DNA from: Syncephalis fuscata S228
Taxonomy: Eukaryota > Fungi > Zoopagomycota
Length of the DNA stretch: 64,000 nt
Assembly (NCBI GenBank): GCA_025786725.1
Contig: JAHLTZ010000004.1
Coordinates: forward strand, 744,001-808,000
Direction: 5' to 3'
A model generated the notes under the pieces. That model saw nothing but the letters and a program-made list of their open reading frames with translations. It was not told the origin of the DNA and did no database searches. Position numbers and translations under genes: made by a program. Every line of letters starts with the position of its first letter. Position 1 is the first letter of the stretch. This document shows, in pieces, positions 1-13,628 of the stretch.

Positions 1-3000
1 TGATGCCAAATTAGCTTGAGCCATGACTGCTTGACGTTGAGCCATAGCTGCTTGTACTTGAGCGGCTAATGTAGCAGCTAATGCAGGATTATTATTAGCT
101 GCTGCTGCTAATGCAGCCTGTGCATTAAGTATATTTGTTGCAGTAGTAGCGTTCATTGATTGTTGTTGTTGTTGTTGTTGCTGCTGCTGCTGCTGTCGCA
201 TTTGAATAAGATGTTGTCGATGTAACATATTAATTACATCCGGTGGTAACTAATAAACTATTAGTAATGTAAAATAAAATCTGCTTTAATCAATTAAATA
301 CCTGCTGTAAATTAATCATAGCATTAGCATTATTATTGGGATTGACATTCATGGCCGAGGCTTGAAGTTGTCGTATACGCTGTGCATATTGCAGCTGGGC
401 TAGACTTAATGGTAAATTACCTTGACCTTGTCGCTGTAATTGCTGGAGTTGGAGTTGTTGTAACTGCTGTAATTGCTGTGGTGTAGGTTGAATTTGTGGC
501 ATAGACTGTTGTTGTTGTTGTTGCTGTTGCTGTTGTTGCTGTTGTTGCTGCTGTCGTTGTTGCTGCTGCTGTGTTAATAAGGCAAAGGCAGCAGCAGCAG
601 CAGCATTTTGTGCTTGAACATTCATCGGTAATGGTGGGCCAGGTCGACCAGGTGTTTGCATCATTGACAAAGCAGATAGCGTAGGTGATTGTGCCCCTGC
701 AGTAACCGATGAAGGTGTACCAGCAGTATTGGCAGTATTGTTAGCATTACCGGCAGCATTGGCAGCATTATTAGCATTGGCATTAACTGTAGCCGTAGAA
801 GCAGGTGGTGTTGGAGCCGAGGTACGATTACCACGTGGTGTTGCATTAGCAGATTGTGGTGTTTGAATAATGGTGGGCTGTGCATTAGCTATGGTCGGTG
901 TCGTGTTGTCCACTGTTTCTACATCATTGCCATTGCTAGTATTACTCGTATTGCCATAGGTGTCGCTGATGTATTGGCTGCCGGCATAGCTGTTACACCT
1001 CGTGCTGCTAAAAGTGCTTGTAGTTGTTGTTGTTGCAACCAAAGCTGATTGGCTTGATTTGGTAATGCACCAGATTGAGCGGGTAGTGTTTGGCCAGGTG
1101 CCGAAACAGTCGCCGCAGCTGCTGCAATACGAGCTTGATTGGCTAGTTGATTGGCCGTCATAATCTGTGATTGACGAATAAGATTAGCGCGTAGTGCAGG
1201 ATTATTGGCATAAACATTTTGTAATGTTTGTAAAGGTAATTGCTAACCAATTCATTATTAATTGAGTATAGTAATATACTATCTACTTACTGCTCGTACA
1301 TGTGCCTGCTGCGCTAATAAACGGGTAAGTTGCAGTTCACGTGTAATACGTAACTGTCCTAGAATACGCGGTGTAGGTGCTTGGCTATTAACATCAATAC
1401 CTGGTACTTGTTGGCCAGCCAGCACACGCTCCTTCTCTTCCGTAACTGTAATGGCTTGTGATACTAATAAAAAATAAAGCCATTAGCCATTAAATTTAAA
1501 TTAAATAAATATTTTACCATTTTTACGTAATTGTTCCCGTCGTTTAGATGCTTTACGGAATGCATCTTGCAGTGAAATGGCCTTGGGTGCACGTTTCTTA
1601 CTATCTTTTATCGCTTTTTGTTTCGTATCTTTGCGTTGCTTATTCATGACAGCCGTGTCAAGTAAATGCTCTGCTTCTGAGAACATACTTGAATGGCCGA
1701 CTGGGTGCGGTACAGGAATCAATGTTGGCTGGTCAGATTTACCTTGATTCTGGAATAGCCATCGATCACAGCAAGATTGTGCACTGTAGCCGCCTTTTGA
1801 CAAATTACGGTGACCATTCATACATTCAGCGATAAGTTGCCAGTTAAATCCATATTGTTCCACGAGTAGATTAAGCATACGATCCTGTTCCGGTGTCCAT
1901 GTCTCAAGTGTCTTTACATAATGATCGATCTTGCCAGAGGGTAGTACCACTTCAACCGGCCCTAAATCCTTAGCTTTACGTGTTGTAAATAGTTCTAAAA
2001 ATGGAATCCAGTGTTAATATAGATGATTAATATTCATAATCTACATATTAATACTTCTATAAACTTACCACAAGCTGAAGGTGAATATCGGTTTCGGCTA
2101 ACAAAATTGGGCATACTTGAACGAATACGATCATTAAAGCGTCGTGATGAGTTTTGTTTGTTAAATAACTCTTTGGCTGGTGGTCCATTTGATAGCAGCT
2201 TTGAGATAGGCACTACTTGACCCATATCTACATCATCCAAGTAGGCATCTGCATCACCAGGTTCTGGAATAGTGTACATAGGCAATGCATGTAAATTACT
2301 TAAAGCTTGTTTAGCATCAAATAAAAATGGTAAACTTGTTTCCACGCCTATATTATATTATATTATATTAATATATATATATATATATAATAGCAATGCT
2401 ACTTACTATCATCAAGGAATGGAGATGCCTCATTTACTTCACCGTCATATTGTTTAGTTAACATAAGATTGCCTGGATTTGCTACAGATCCTTGGTCATT
2501 TGTAATCTCTTTATGAATAAATGGAGATGGTCAGTTATGTTCATTGACTCTAAATGCTGTCTTGTTCTTTATCTGTTAATACAGATGTATCTGAATCTAT
2601 TTGCATCTTTACTGCAGATGGACTATTCAATAATTAGTTTATTGAACTATATATATACATATATATATAATCACTTACGTAGTTTCTTCTTTAGTCTCTG
2701 ACGTAGCTGTAGCTGACCAATCAGTCATTTCATTTGGCTCTACCATAGGTAGAAAGCGTGGTGGTCTTGTTTTCACCTGTAATGATTGCTTATCCTCACT
2801 ATGATGCCATTCCCGAATCCAATTGGCAAAATGAAATGCCATTGCTTGTTTCCATTTACGCTCTTCTTTAAAATCAATTCTGAGCCATTTCTAATTATAT
2901 ATTAATAAATATATGTATATACTGATAAATTTTATTAATATAGTCACCATTTCATCCAATACATAATCCCAATGAGTTTTAGTTCTTGGTGGGGCCTTAT

Positions 3001-4285
3001 GTCTCTTGGGCTGTCGGAAACTCCACATACTAGCCTCTTTCAGCTGTTCTACGCGTTGTATAGCACGTAATAGGCGTACTTCATTACGGCATATCTATAA
3101 TTTATAGGTTATATTTAATGATTCATAATACTCTAGCTGATTACCTTCCATTCTTGTGAGCTGACAACTTTCTTCGCCGATTGTACTTGTTTATAGAGTG
3201 GCTGATGTTCTGCTCGAATCTGCCAGGCTAGCATATTGGCGCGCATTCGTTCAATTGCCGAGCTTTTAGCCCGTGTCTGAACACTAATACTTGGTCGCTT
3301 GGTGGGTGTAGTTGTTCGTTGCGGTGCCTGTTTAATACGAATACGTACTGAAGGTTGGCGTGAGTGTTTCCTTTGTGGTGGTCGTGGCCGTTGATTCTCC
3401 AACGATTGAAGTGGTTGACTTGATCGAAATGGATCAATATCCGAGTCTGGTCTCAGTTCTGGTGACAATACACCTGGACTATTTTGACGTGGTCCATCAA
3501 GAAACCCGCCTGTTAATTCACTGATATGTTTATGTCGAATAGCACCGCTAACTCCACGTGTTACCATACGTTCAACAGGTGCAGCAACACGTAATCTTTT
3601 TGATGGAATATTGCTATTAATAGCAGATCGAGAATTTTCTAATAAGCTGTCTTCTAATAAAGGTGACAAACCGTCATCTAGAATATTAGATTATGATAAT
3701 AGTAATAGTAATAAATTAGTATTAATAATATATATATACTATATACTATATACTATATAACGTAAAATACTTACCATCACCAGTTAATGTAGATTCATCA
3801 AGTTCTCCCTAACATACGTATCCAACATTAACATGTCATTTACTATTTATTAATTAAACTTACTTGTCTAAAATACACCAATTAATGAGTAATGAGTAAT
3901 AACTAGTATACCAAGTACTTACATTAGAGGTGGGCTTTGGATAAATCGATCGAAAGCATCGGGTGAAGTATCAGCCAACGAGGCCAATGCAGCACTTTGT
4001 GTGTAGGATTTCGCGTTAACTAAGAAAGAAAGCTCTTCTAGTGCGTTCTTTCTACGTTCTGTCACAGATCTATAGTAGTATGAGACGTTAGATAAACACT
4101 ATTAGTAAAGGTAAATAGTGTATATAAATCAATATGACGTACTCGATCTCGTTGGTGCGTGCCAGTTCCACTGCTTTACGTAATTCAAGCAATGCTGATT
4201 CCGCCACTCCCTATATACGATCAATATTTGTTTCTATTACTAGTAATATGAGATAACTTACTTGTAAAGGAGGATCGCCTACCAT
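1..4285 (-). CDS. EAF1: NuA4 scaffold subunit Eaf1/Vid21 (HSA + SANT/Myb, Q/A/N-rich C-terminus); multi-exon, 3' end runs off the window
   Basis: Spliced HSA-like segment (THWDYVLDEMKWLRIDFKEERKWKQAMAFHFANWIREWH, ~2800-2980); SANT-like WTPEQDRMLNLLVEQYGFNWQLIAECMN (ORF 1501-1950); poly-Q tail; ATG at 4285 followed by a GTAAGT donor. Confidence 0.85.
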
Positions 4286-4420
4286 CTTGTTGAATTACGA
4301 TCGTTGATGAAGTAGATTAGGACAATAAGCTGTAAAGGAGGAAAAATGGTAAATAGATATTGTTATTAGAATTGTTATTACAACTATTGCAACTATTACA
4401 AAAATCTTTTATTTAACATT

Positions 4421-6520
4421 ATGCCCACTGAGAGTAAAGAAGTTTTTACACCACGACGATCAGCGAGGAAGCGTACGCAAGTTCATGAAATAGAAGTAAG
4501 TTAACTATTGGACCATCTATTGTTGATTTCTATGTAAATAACCGTATTAATACTTATTGTATGACTGGTACTTATGACTATAGAATGAAAGTGGCAATGA
4601 TACAGATCAGTCTGAGGAATTTAAGTTAAACGCGAGAGGCCAGACGAGCGACAGTAACGAAGAGGGCAATATAAGTGGAGAAGAGAGCGATTCAGCGTCT
4701 GTAAGAACGCCACGACGTCAAACACGTACCTCTTCTCATGTTACTCCGTCGCGTTCTCGGCAAGTAGTTACACCACGCAGTCGTGGACGTGGTCGTAGCC
4801 GAGGTCGTGGAGCACATACACCTACGCCGCGATCCATTCGGTATAGTACATATATATATATATATTAATAACAAACTGTTAATTTCTGTATTCATATTTG
4901 TATACATCTAGTGTAAAGACTGCTGTTATCTCAAATGCTTTACCAAGTCGTGCTACACCGCGTCGACCACAGCGGGACATCTACGAAGAGGCACGGGAAC
5001 GCTTGCATACCGCGGCTGTCCCTAGTAGTCTACCGGGCCGTGAAATGGAAGCTATAGAAATTGAAGCCGTTTTAGAAACTGCCATCACCGAAAAGACCGG
5101 CTGCTGTCTATGCAAGTAAAATAAGCAAGAAATCAATTAAACTAATTGCTGCTCCACCTATAGATGTGTCAGGCGTGCCGGGCACAGGCAAGACGGCTAC
5201 AGTACACGAGTGTGTAAAACGGCTACAAGAGAAGGTTGCTCAACAGGTAATAAGTGTTGTTAAGTGTATTGTTTAAACTTAAGTGGCCAAGGAACTTGAA
5301 CCATTTAGATTTGTAGAAATCAACGGTATGAAGATTACTGACCCGGGGCAGGCCTATTCAATGCTTTGGGAAGAGTTGGAAGGTATACGAGTTACGCCTA
5401 AACATGCAGCCGATCTTTTAGAAAAGAGATTTAGTCACGACATGCCGACGATGAACCGCCATGGTAATGTTAATAGGCATACCATGAGCAGTTGATTAAT
5501 ATAGTTATATACATATACACACATATATATAGTGTTGTATTAATGGATGAACTAGACTGGCTAGTGACTAAGCGGCAAACAGTGATGTATAACTTTTTTG
5601 ATTGGCCTAATAGACCAAATTCACAATTGATAGTCATTGCGGTGGCTAATACAATGGATTTGCCTGAGCGTGCGCTTAGTAATAAAGTGTCATCACGACT
5701 TGGTAAGTAATCGGTTAATGATTAGATGGTTAGATATTAGATTAGAAAGTTAATGGCTATTTATTAGGATTATCACGAATCAATTTCCAGCCATACACTC
5801 ATGAACAGTTGTGTGAAATTGTAGCATCACGTCTGGCTGGCTGTAAAGCATTCGACCCAGATGCTATAGAGTTGTGTGGTCGAAAAGTAAGTGCCGTGTC
5901 AGGTGATGCACGGCGGGCACTGGATATCTGTCGGTAAGTATAGGCAAATGTTAATGTAAATGTAATATATAATATATAATACATAATATACGCTATAATT
6001 ACAGTCTGGCCGTTGAAATTATGGAACGTGACCATGGTAATGCTGCATCTTCTTTAGATGCTGCACCCATACAAGAGAATTCGCAAGTAACAGTCGGTGT
6101 TATTGCTCGTGCTATTCGTGAAATGTATGCATCAGGACCCGTAGCATTTGTACGTCAAGCATCATTACATCAGAAAATGTTCTTGGCCTGTGTTGTACTA
6201 CAATTGCGTAAATCTGGCCAGAACGAAGTATCATTGGCCGAGGTAAGTCAATAGCACTACTACAATGGAAAGACAGCCAAGCATGAAGTAACACAAGTAA
6301 CTAGATTGTACCTGCACACCAACAGTTATGCCAACTTCGGCAAATCACTATGCCCACCGATTCGGATTTAGCCGCCGTTTGCGCAAGTCTTGGCGCAAGC
6401 CGTTGCTTGCTCGTCGAGTCAACTCGGCTCGATTTACACCAACGACTGCGTCTTAATATCGGCGTTGAAGACATTGTAATGGCTTTAAAGAATGATACGC
6501 TGTTCGAGCAATTATTGTGA
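4421..6520 (+). CDS. ORC1: Origin recognition complex subunit 1 (AAA+ and winged helix), multi-exon
   Basis: [18 protein letters not shown], Walker [20 protein letters not shown], Walker [49 protein letters not shown]. Confidence 0.93.
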
Positions 6521-7033
6521 ATTGTTGGTTTATTTAATTTTCACAACTTGTGCTTAATAAACTATTTTAGCTTTTTAAACAATCCATGGTACTGTTTATA
6601 ATGGGAGAAAGAGAAAGTTGAAGAAACGATTGAAACTGAAGTGTAGAAACGAAACGGACAAGAACGAGAAAACAAAGAGAGCAAAAAATCTGAAGCATTA
6701 ATGCATAAGGAAGAAAGCTTCCAAATGCAACGAATCGAAAGAATGAAGCGCAAAACAAGGAAATAGAAATGCTGCCAATGGCCGGACTGGCACGCAACTT
6801 AATGGAGTGGTACGCCAGATAGTAAAAGGGCGTCAAGAGACTGCTTTCTGCCAGACTCTTTAATCGGTTTAGCATCAATCATTAAGAGATGATAGTATAT
6901 CAATTTCAAATTATGATATTTATAGCAAGTCTCGCTGTGGTAATAGATCTACATAAGAATTATGAATTTTGGTAGAGAATAATCGGATAATAAAGCACAG
7001 GATAACAATAGTGTGTCGGATTAATGTTGTTGT

Positions 7034-8369
7034 TTAGACTTGGTTCATGACACCCGTGTCGACCATGTTGAATAGAAGTGACGTGTATTGGTCGTCATTG
7101 TTGTTTTGTGCAAGGGCCGACAAGTTGTTTAGGTAGTCGGCGTTGAACATTTGGTTTTCGGGTAACACGCCATTGAAGTTATTGATATTGGTGGGGTGCA
7201 TGGGAGGTGTAAGCTGACCGCAGGCTTGGAGTTCCGGTGACCAGTTAGCAAATGATGTGAATTGCTCTTGAGCGACAGTGGTGGCAGCAGGGAGAGTGGA
7301 GAAGGCAATATCAGTGACATCATGCTGAACACAGGCAGGTGGCAGGGCATACATGGCCGATAAGTCAGTCCTGGCCATGGGTACTGGTGTGCCGGCAAGT
7401 GAGCTTGATTGGCTTGTCAATGAAGGCGTAGGCGTTGGTACGCTGAATGTGGCTGCCGACAAATCAACCAAGGGAAGGTGTGTAATGTCGTCGTGGAATA
7501 GTGTTTCCATGAAAGAAGAGCTGCTCGGCAACACCGGCAATGGAGCTGCGTTGCTTGTGGCATGGGTAACATTGGGCCAGTCCATGTAGCATTGCTCATT
7601 TTGGACGCTGTTACACACGTTAAAGGTTGATGCAATGTTGGTGGCAGCATTGTTGGCAGCCATTGGATGTGGCAGAGAAATAGCGTTGTCGTTGGCCATC
7701 GAGTTCATGTAGAAAGGCATATCGTTGGTGTTATATGTTAGCAACGATTGAACAGATGGGATTGAAGCAACTGAATTCGACATCATGTAGGCATTTGATC
7801 GTGGTTTTTGTTGATATGGGTGGGCGTGCATGTGCTTGGAGCGTTGCGCCACGCGGCGGTTAGCCTCTGATTCGCGACGTTGGCGGAGACGTTCTTGCTT
7901 GCTGCGTGGGCGGTACTTGTAGTCGGGGAAGGCTAGCTCGTGTTGTTTAGCACCTTCGGCAGCCTTGCGTTTGTAAGCAGCCTTCACCTCCTCAGGCTCC
8001 AACTTCCACATATCACCAATAATCTTGGAGATGAATTTGTTGTTGCAGCGATGGCCTTGTTCGCGCATTACTTGGGCGTGTTTGTCGCGACGGTAGGTCA
8101 TGAAGCAGTTGAGTGGGCGAGGTGCGCGACCATCTCTGGTCATTGAAGGGACGGGCATGTTGTCATCGGTTGCCGATGGCTCAGGCGACGCAGCTGGTGA
8201 TGGAACACCAAGAATGGAAGGAGCAGCAATGGGATTTTCCTCCAAAGCAATAGCCTTAGTTTGCACATTAGAGTAATTTCCAGATGCATGCTGCTGCATC
8301 TGGTAGTCGTATTGGTTGCTGCACATGATGTTGTTGTTGTTGCTAATGTTGTTAACAGTTGAGCTCATG
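7034..8369 (-). CDS. HMG-box transcription factor (MATA_HMG/SOX-type), intronless
   Basis: RAPRPLNCFMTYRRDKH...ISKIIGDMWKLEPEEVKAAYKRKA...HELAFPDYKYRPR, followed by a S/P/N/M-rich tail; first ATG at 8369. Confidence 0.9.
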
Positions 8370-11300
8370 TTGTAGCACAAGAATAAAATCAAGTGTAATA
8401 GTTAGAACGATAGTACGGAATAGGATAAGTGGCGTTGAAAGCGGCGATATTTAGCAATATATATATATATAATTGTTGCTGACAATTAATAAACACTTTC
8501 GATTAAGGGAGAGACTCAAAGGGAATTAGTACCAATGTATGGGGCAATGCACGACGATGTATCACTCTACTGGGTACCGAGCAATACAGATCGGGGACAA
8601 TGATAAATGAATAAAAACTTGCTTCAAGCACGTTTAAGTTGCTGAAACAAAAAATGAGAAACGCTATTACAACGTACGCAGAAGGTAGAGATGTCGAATA
8701 GGAATTGCTCAACGAAAAGACGGAGCAGATAGTAGTTATATAAAATAAAAAGAATTGGCAGTGTTCTTGTTAAGCGCAAAGAAAAGGCGAGAAGAGTTGC
8801 AATCTGGAATTGGTTACAACAAGCGAGGATCAGCGAAGACCGGAATATAAATGTGTGTTCTCAGAGAGAGGTGCTTGGTATGGTGCTGATGAAATATTAT
8901 GACTTCAGTGGTAGAATGGCGTGGTGAGTCAGGACAGTTGTACCATATGGTTTCAATGGTCCACGAAACAAGGTAGAGGGAATCAGATTGTTTAACGAAT
9001 CAACGGAAGATACCAAATTGAGACAAAGAATAAGAATTAGGCTAGAGAATAGCACTTGAACAAGCACTGTAATGTGTTTTCTGGGATAGCTTCGTATATA
9101 GGGAACTAAAGCCACCGAAGGAAGGAATGGCGGGGTAATGAACAGAGAGTGTGTTTCAGTATTAGCACGGGACGAGCGTGAATGGCACTTTCGTCTTATT
9201 CAGTGCTAAGAACAAGGCGTGATGTATTCAAGGAATAGAAATCACACTGTCACACAATCTAAAAAGTAATATTTCTCTTTAGAAGCAACGCCAACGATAG
9301 TAGGAATTGGTTTGAGCTTAAGAAAGGCACAAAGTAAAGAAGATACAGATTTGAATAAAAATGTTCGATTTTACGAGTAAAGGGCTTGTAATATCGACTT
9401 TTGCTTAAGTAGATGCAGTAAGCTGTGATTGTTATGCTAATAAGTTTTGATGCGATGATGATGCTTGGAATGGAAATGCGATTCATTGGACTACTTTTAT
9501 ATAAAATAAAACATATCGTGACACTATGCATATGTACATGCGCACAAACCTTTTGGTAGAGTAACCAGTTTTAACACAAAGTCGCATAAAAAATAGCGCA
9601 GACTGCTGCCCTTTGCTGCAGGAATCTATTTTACGACATGGTGTGCTATTTTTATACAAAGAGTGTACAAAATTATTTTAAATTTCCTAAAAAGGTAAGT
9701 CGTCATACTGTTTTTAGTGCATCCCTGCCTATGTGCCAAGTCACTGTAGCTATTTTCATTATGACCATGACAAAGAAACTCGCGTTATTTTTACAATACA
9801 TAGTTCTATTAGTGGCTTTGATATTTACTGAATTAGATATAGTTCTACAAATTGTTAGAAAACTTTGTTTTGCTATTTTCTTTGATCATGGTGCACAAAG
9901 ACGCCTGATAGGTCAAGGCCGTTTGTATGGTGGTGGTGGTGGTGGTGGCTATTTTGCAAACTACTTGCACATGGCTCATAATTGAGTTAGAATGGCAGCG
10001 GAGTTTTATTATTCTGGCTTAGTTGTAGTATGGCATTTCCTTACGAGTCTACACCTCAATCAACTTGCGGTCGGCCGTGGGTTCAGCCGTTGCCCTTGCT
10101 GTAAAAGTGCCCCGGCCACGCGATTCAATAGCATGTGTGTATGAAAGGGAGAGTGCGTGTGGAGTGAAAATGAAAACGACCACTTGGCCAGTGATCACGA
10201 GATGTTTGACGCGCCATTTTGGAAACACATATGTTTCGACTTTGTCGTTTGATAGAGCGTTTACTTTCTGCTAATTGCCATGCTAGCAGTGCAGCACTGT
10301 TCATTTTGCCAAGTATGATCGAAAGCTTGCCAGTCAACTGCTTGGCCTGCGTTATTATCGACCCAGCACCACAGCTAGTCTGCTGATAGCAGTTTATTCA
10401 AGGCCTACATGACTGCATCAATGGCCGGCCGTCCAACTAGTACAACGCTACGCGTGTAACAGTGCCTATTTGTGAGGCCGTCTATCATTAAACAGCCAAT
10501 ACGATATCAAGGTCAAAATACAATAGTCATTTGTGTTGACGTGTGTGTAGAATGTGCGCAACTTGCCCTTGTTCCTCAAACATGATTGGCCAACGAGATA
10601 TGGGCGTTTCTTTGTCTTATGCATACTCATGCATGTCGCCTATTCTCCTGCTCTTCACAGAATCGCCTTAATTGTAATCGTTTTAATACAACAATTCAAT
10701 AGTAAATATACACTATTTTACGCTATGTTGGGATAAAAGTAATAAAACACACCAATTGTCATTTATCTATATATTATGACCGAATTTTGTAATAAAAGTC
10801 AAATAAATAAAAGACTTTAAAACATAATAGTATATGTATGGATCGCCTCAATGCCTTGTCCACCTGACACTCATTCTGTGTCAATTATTCTCGCACCAAT
10901 TATTTGCTTCTATACAATTTCGAACTTCTCTGGAATTCTATATGGTTCCCAGGTATGCTGTTTGAGGATAGCTGAGGCAAGAACATTGCTTTTTCTAATT
11001 TTGTCTATTGGAAAACACATGCTGCTTATGCCATTTTCACTTCTGAAGATAGAATTACGATAAAAAACTAGTTACATGAATAAGCAGCGTTGTTTCTTTA
11101 ATGAATATACATTGTTTGAGATGCAATAAAGAACAATGAACCGTTTTATTTTTGAATAAAAAACTGGAAATAGAAAAGAAATGATACAGATAAAGCGGCA
11201 TAATTTCTTTGTTCCTACTGACATGCATAATTTACAGCGAGTGTTTATTGGTCCAGAACTGTGTAGATAATGGGTTTGTTAGAAAGCCTTTATTGGCACC

Positions 11301-12464
11301 TTTATATCTCAGTAGAAAAAGCTACTGTATCTTTGGTTTGTTTTTGGTTATTCGGTTATTTGGTTATTATTGTTGTTACCGCCATTATTGTTGATTGAGT
11401 TTTAGTATATCAAATATGTATAATGTTTTTTAGATATTTTTTGGTTATTACTTTATTTTTAGACTTTGCTATGTTATGGTAGCTAGCTTGCCTTCTTGTA
11501 GCTTTTAAAAACAGCTTGCACCATATTTAAAGTGAGTAAAAATATTAAATATTATGCTTATGTTAGCTTTAATTAGCTATTTAATATTAGTATAACTAAT
11601 TGGTAACAGTAATTATTTTAATAAACAGAATAGTGGTGCGCTTATTAAAACTAATAATAACAGCAAGAAAAATTATTATTAACGTTAGAAACTATTACAA
11701 TATTTAGATATTTAATTAGCTACAGCGTGTATTTAAACATTAAAATCTTTCTAATAATTGTAATAGAATGCTATTAATATCTATTCCAGTTTAAATGATA
11801 GAGCAAAAAATAAGGCAAAATGTTAAGCAGTAATTTGGCTTTTTAGATGGCTTATTTTAATTTATTTAGACAATTATTTTATAAAATTTATGTTTAAACA
11901 ATAGAAATTGACATCTTATACTGTTTCAAGACAGTTAATGATGATGTTGAAGATAAATATATAGGCGAAATATATACTAGAAAAGTAAAAAATACAAAAC
12001 TATACATGTTGTATTTTATAACTTTCTCGGCCATTTTATCTGTACAGTAATTGCTCTAGTACTATGAGCTATGCGCTAATAATTTTACGTTATAATTAAT
12101 AATTATATACACGCTAACAATAAAATCTATTTAGCAATTACAATCTATGTTATGCCCATACAAGAATTACATTTTAGTATCAAACCATTCATCCATGATG
12201 CTGGATGGTTAGCAAGTGATATCCTTTTTTGATGATCGACCTGTACATGATGCTTTTCTTGTGGGCTCTGCTGTGCGACGCACACGATTGGCTGTTTCTG
12301 GAAGTCACGTGGCTGCTATGGGCTCGAATTTAATGCACCAAACAGGATCCTGCTGCCGTTCGCACCTCAACTTGTTCACCTGCTTCACTTTTGTTATCCA
12401 AGACAACTGACCAATTTTTGTTAATCGTATATTCTAAATTACTACTAATTAAATCCAAGCAAAC

Positions 12465-12722
12465 ATGCAGCTCAAAAACTCCATTATTCTTGCTGTTGCT
12501 TTGTGTACATTTGCACTCGTTCCAGCCACTGAAGCTGAGTCGTTTTTTAATATGTTTTTCCCTGGCTCAAAGCCTTGCACCGATAGTACCAAATGCCAAC
12601 CAGGCTATACGTGCTACGAAACAGAGGGAGGGGCAGCTCATGCCTGTATCTTTACTTCGGGAGATGACAGTAATTCTAATACGAAAATTGATATAAAAGC
12701 TCGTGCTGTATTCAGCTTTTAA
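12465..12722 (+). CDS. Small secreted cysteine-containing protein (85 aa)
   Basis: Signal peptide MQLKNSIILAVALCTFALVPATEA; four Cys in CTDSTKCQPGYTCYETEGGAAHAC. Confidence 0.7.
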   Translation: MQLKNSIILAVALCTFALVPATEAESFFNMFFPGSKPCTDSTKCQPGYTCYETEGGAAHACIFTSGDDSNSNTKIDIKARAVFSF

Positions 12723-12849
12723 ATACATCTGTTAACAGGCTTGCTTGCTATTAACAATCATTTTTAAACTGGGGCATATCAATAACATTTTGATACAACA
12801 CAATTTTATTGATATAACTTTATTTTCTAAATAAATAAGCCAGCTATAT

Positions 12850-13170
12850 CTAAATTGATTTAAACAAAAAATGTAACATGTTATTTGATTTCTTTGAAAA
12901 ATTTAAGACTGATCATTGTTGTTGGCCATGTGTAGAAAGATTGATTGAATATCAATAGAAGCCATATATCGCGATTCCATGTTGTTCCACATTACTCCTG
13001 TTGCCTGTTTGTCATACTGCACACCAAACTGTTATATGATCTATTTCTTTCCTATCTTGTTTCTGTTTACTTGAACCACACTTGTATATTATAATAATCA
13101 TATTTAATAATTGCAATTATTTTATTCTTTTTATAATTGTAAACCATTTCAACAAAAATATTTAACAATT
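12850..13170 (-). mobile_element. Fanzor1/TnpB 3'-end remnant, subtype B
   Basis: Reverse strand reads CGTTWNRD(frameshift)MASIDIQSIFLHMANNND; near-copy of 45317-45630. Confidence 0.7.
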
Positions 13171-13628
13171 TAGTGTAAAAAGCCTTTTATTTTATTAAAT
13201 GTTATTTCAACTTCAACTAATACCGTAATGTGTATATTTAATTACATTATTGTATTGATAATTACACATGAATTGATTAGTGTTGGATGCAATATTATAC
13301 ATGCTATAGTAATGAGTGAATGTTTAATTGTATTTAAATGTTGAGGGGTGAAATGAATAAATAAAAATGTAAGAGTCAAAGCGCAATAGCTTCGAATACG
13401 TAAATACTCTGCATTTCACTTTTAAAGCCAACCGTCTATTTCCACAAGTATTTCTCTATGACGCAATCACTTGTTTCTACCAACACTCCCCAGTTACCAG
13501 TAACACTGGCGTTATTTTTTGTTAGTTTATTGATATTAACGGGGGCTCTACTGCCCTCTTTTCTGCCAACTGGCCTCTGCTTGAATTCTCGGCTTCCTTT
13601 CCTTTCGAAATTCTGTTCATTCTCTAAT

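Noticed and set aside
8400-12410. Numerous 60-115 aa ORFs upstream of the HMG gene
   Set aside because: Non-ATG starts or composition typical of non-coding DNA; treated as UTR or regulatory sequence.
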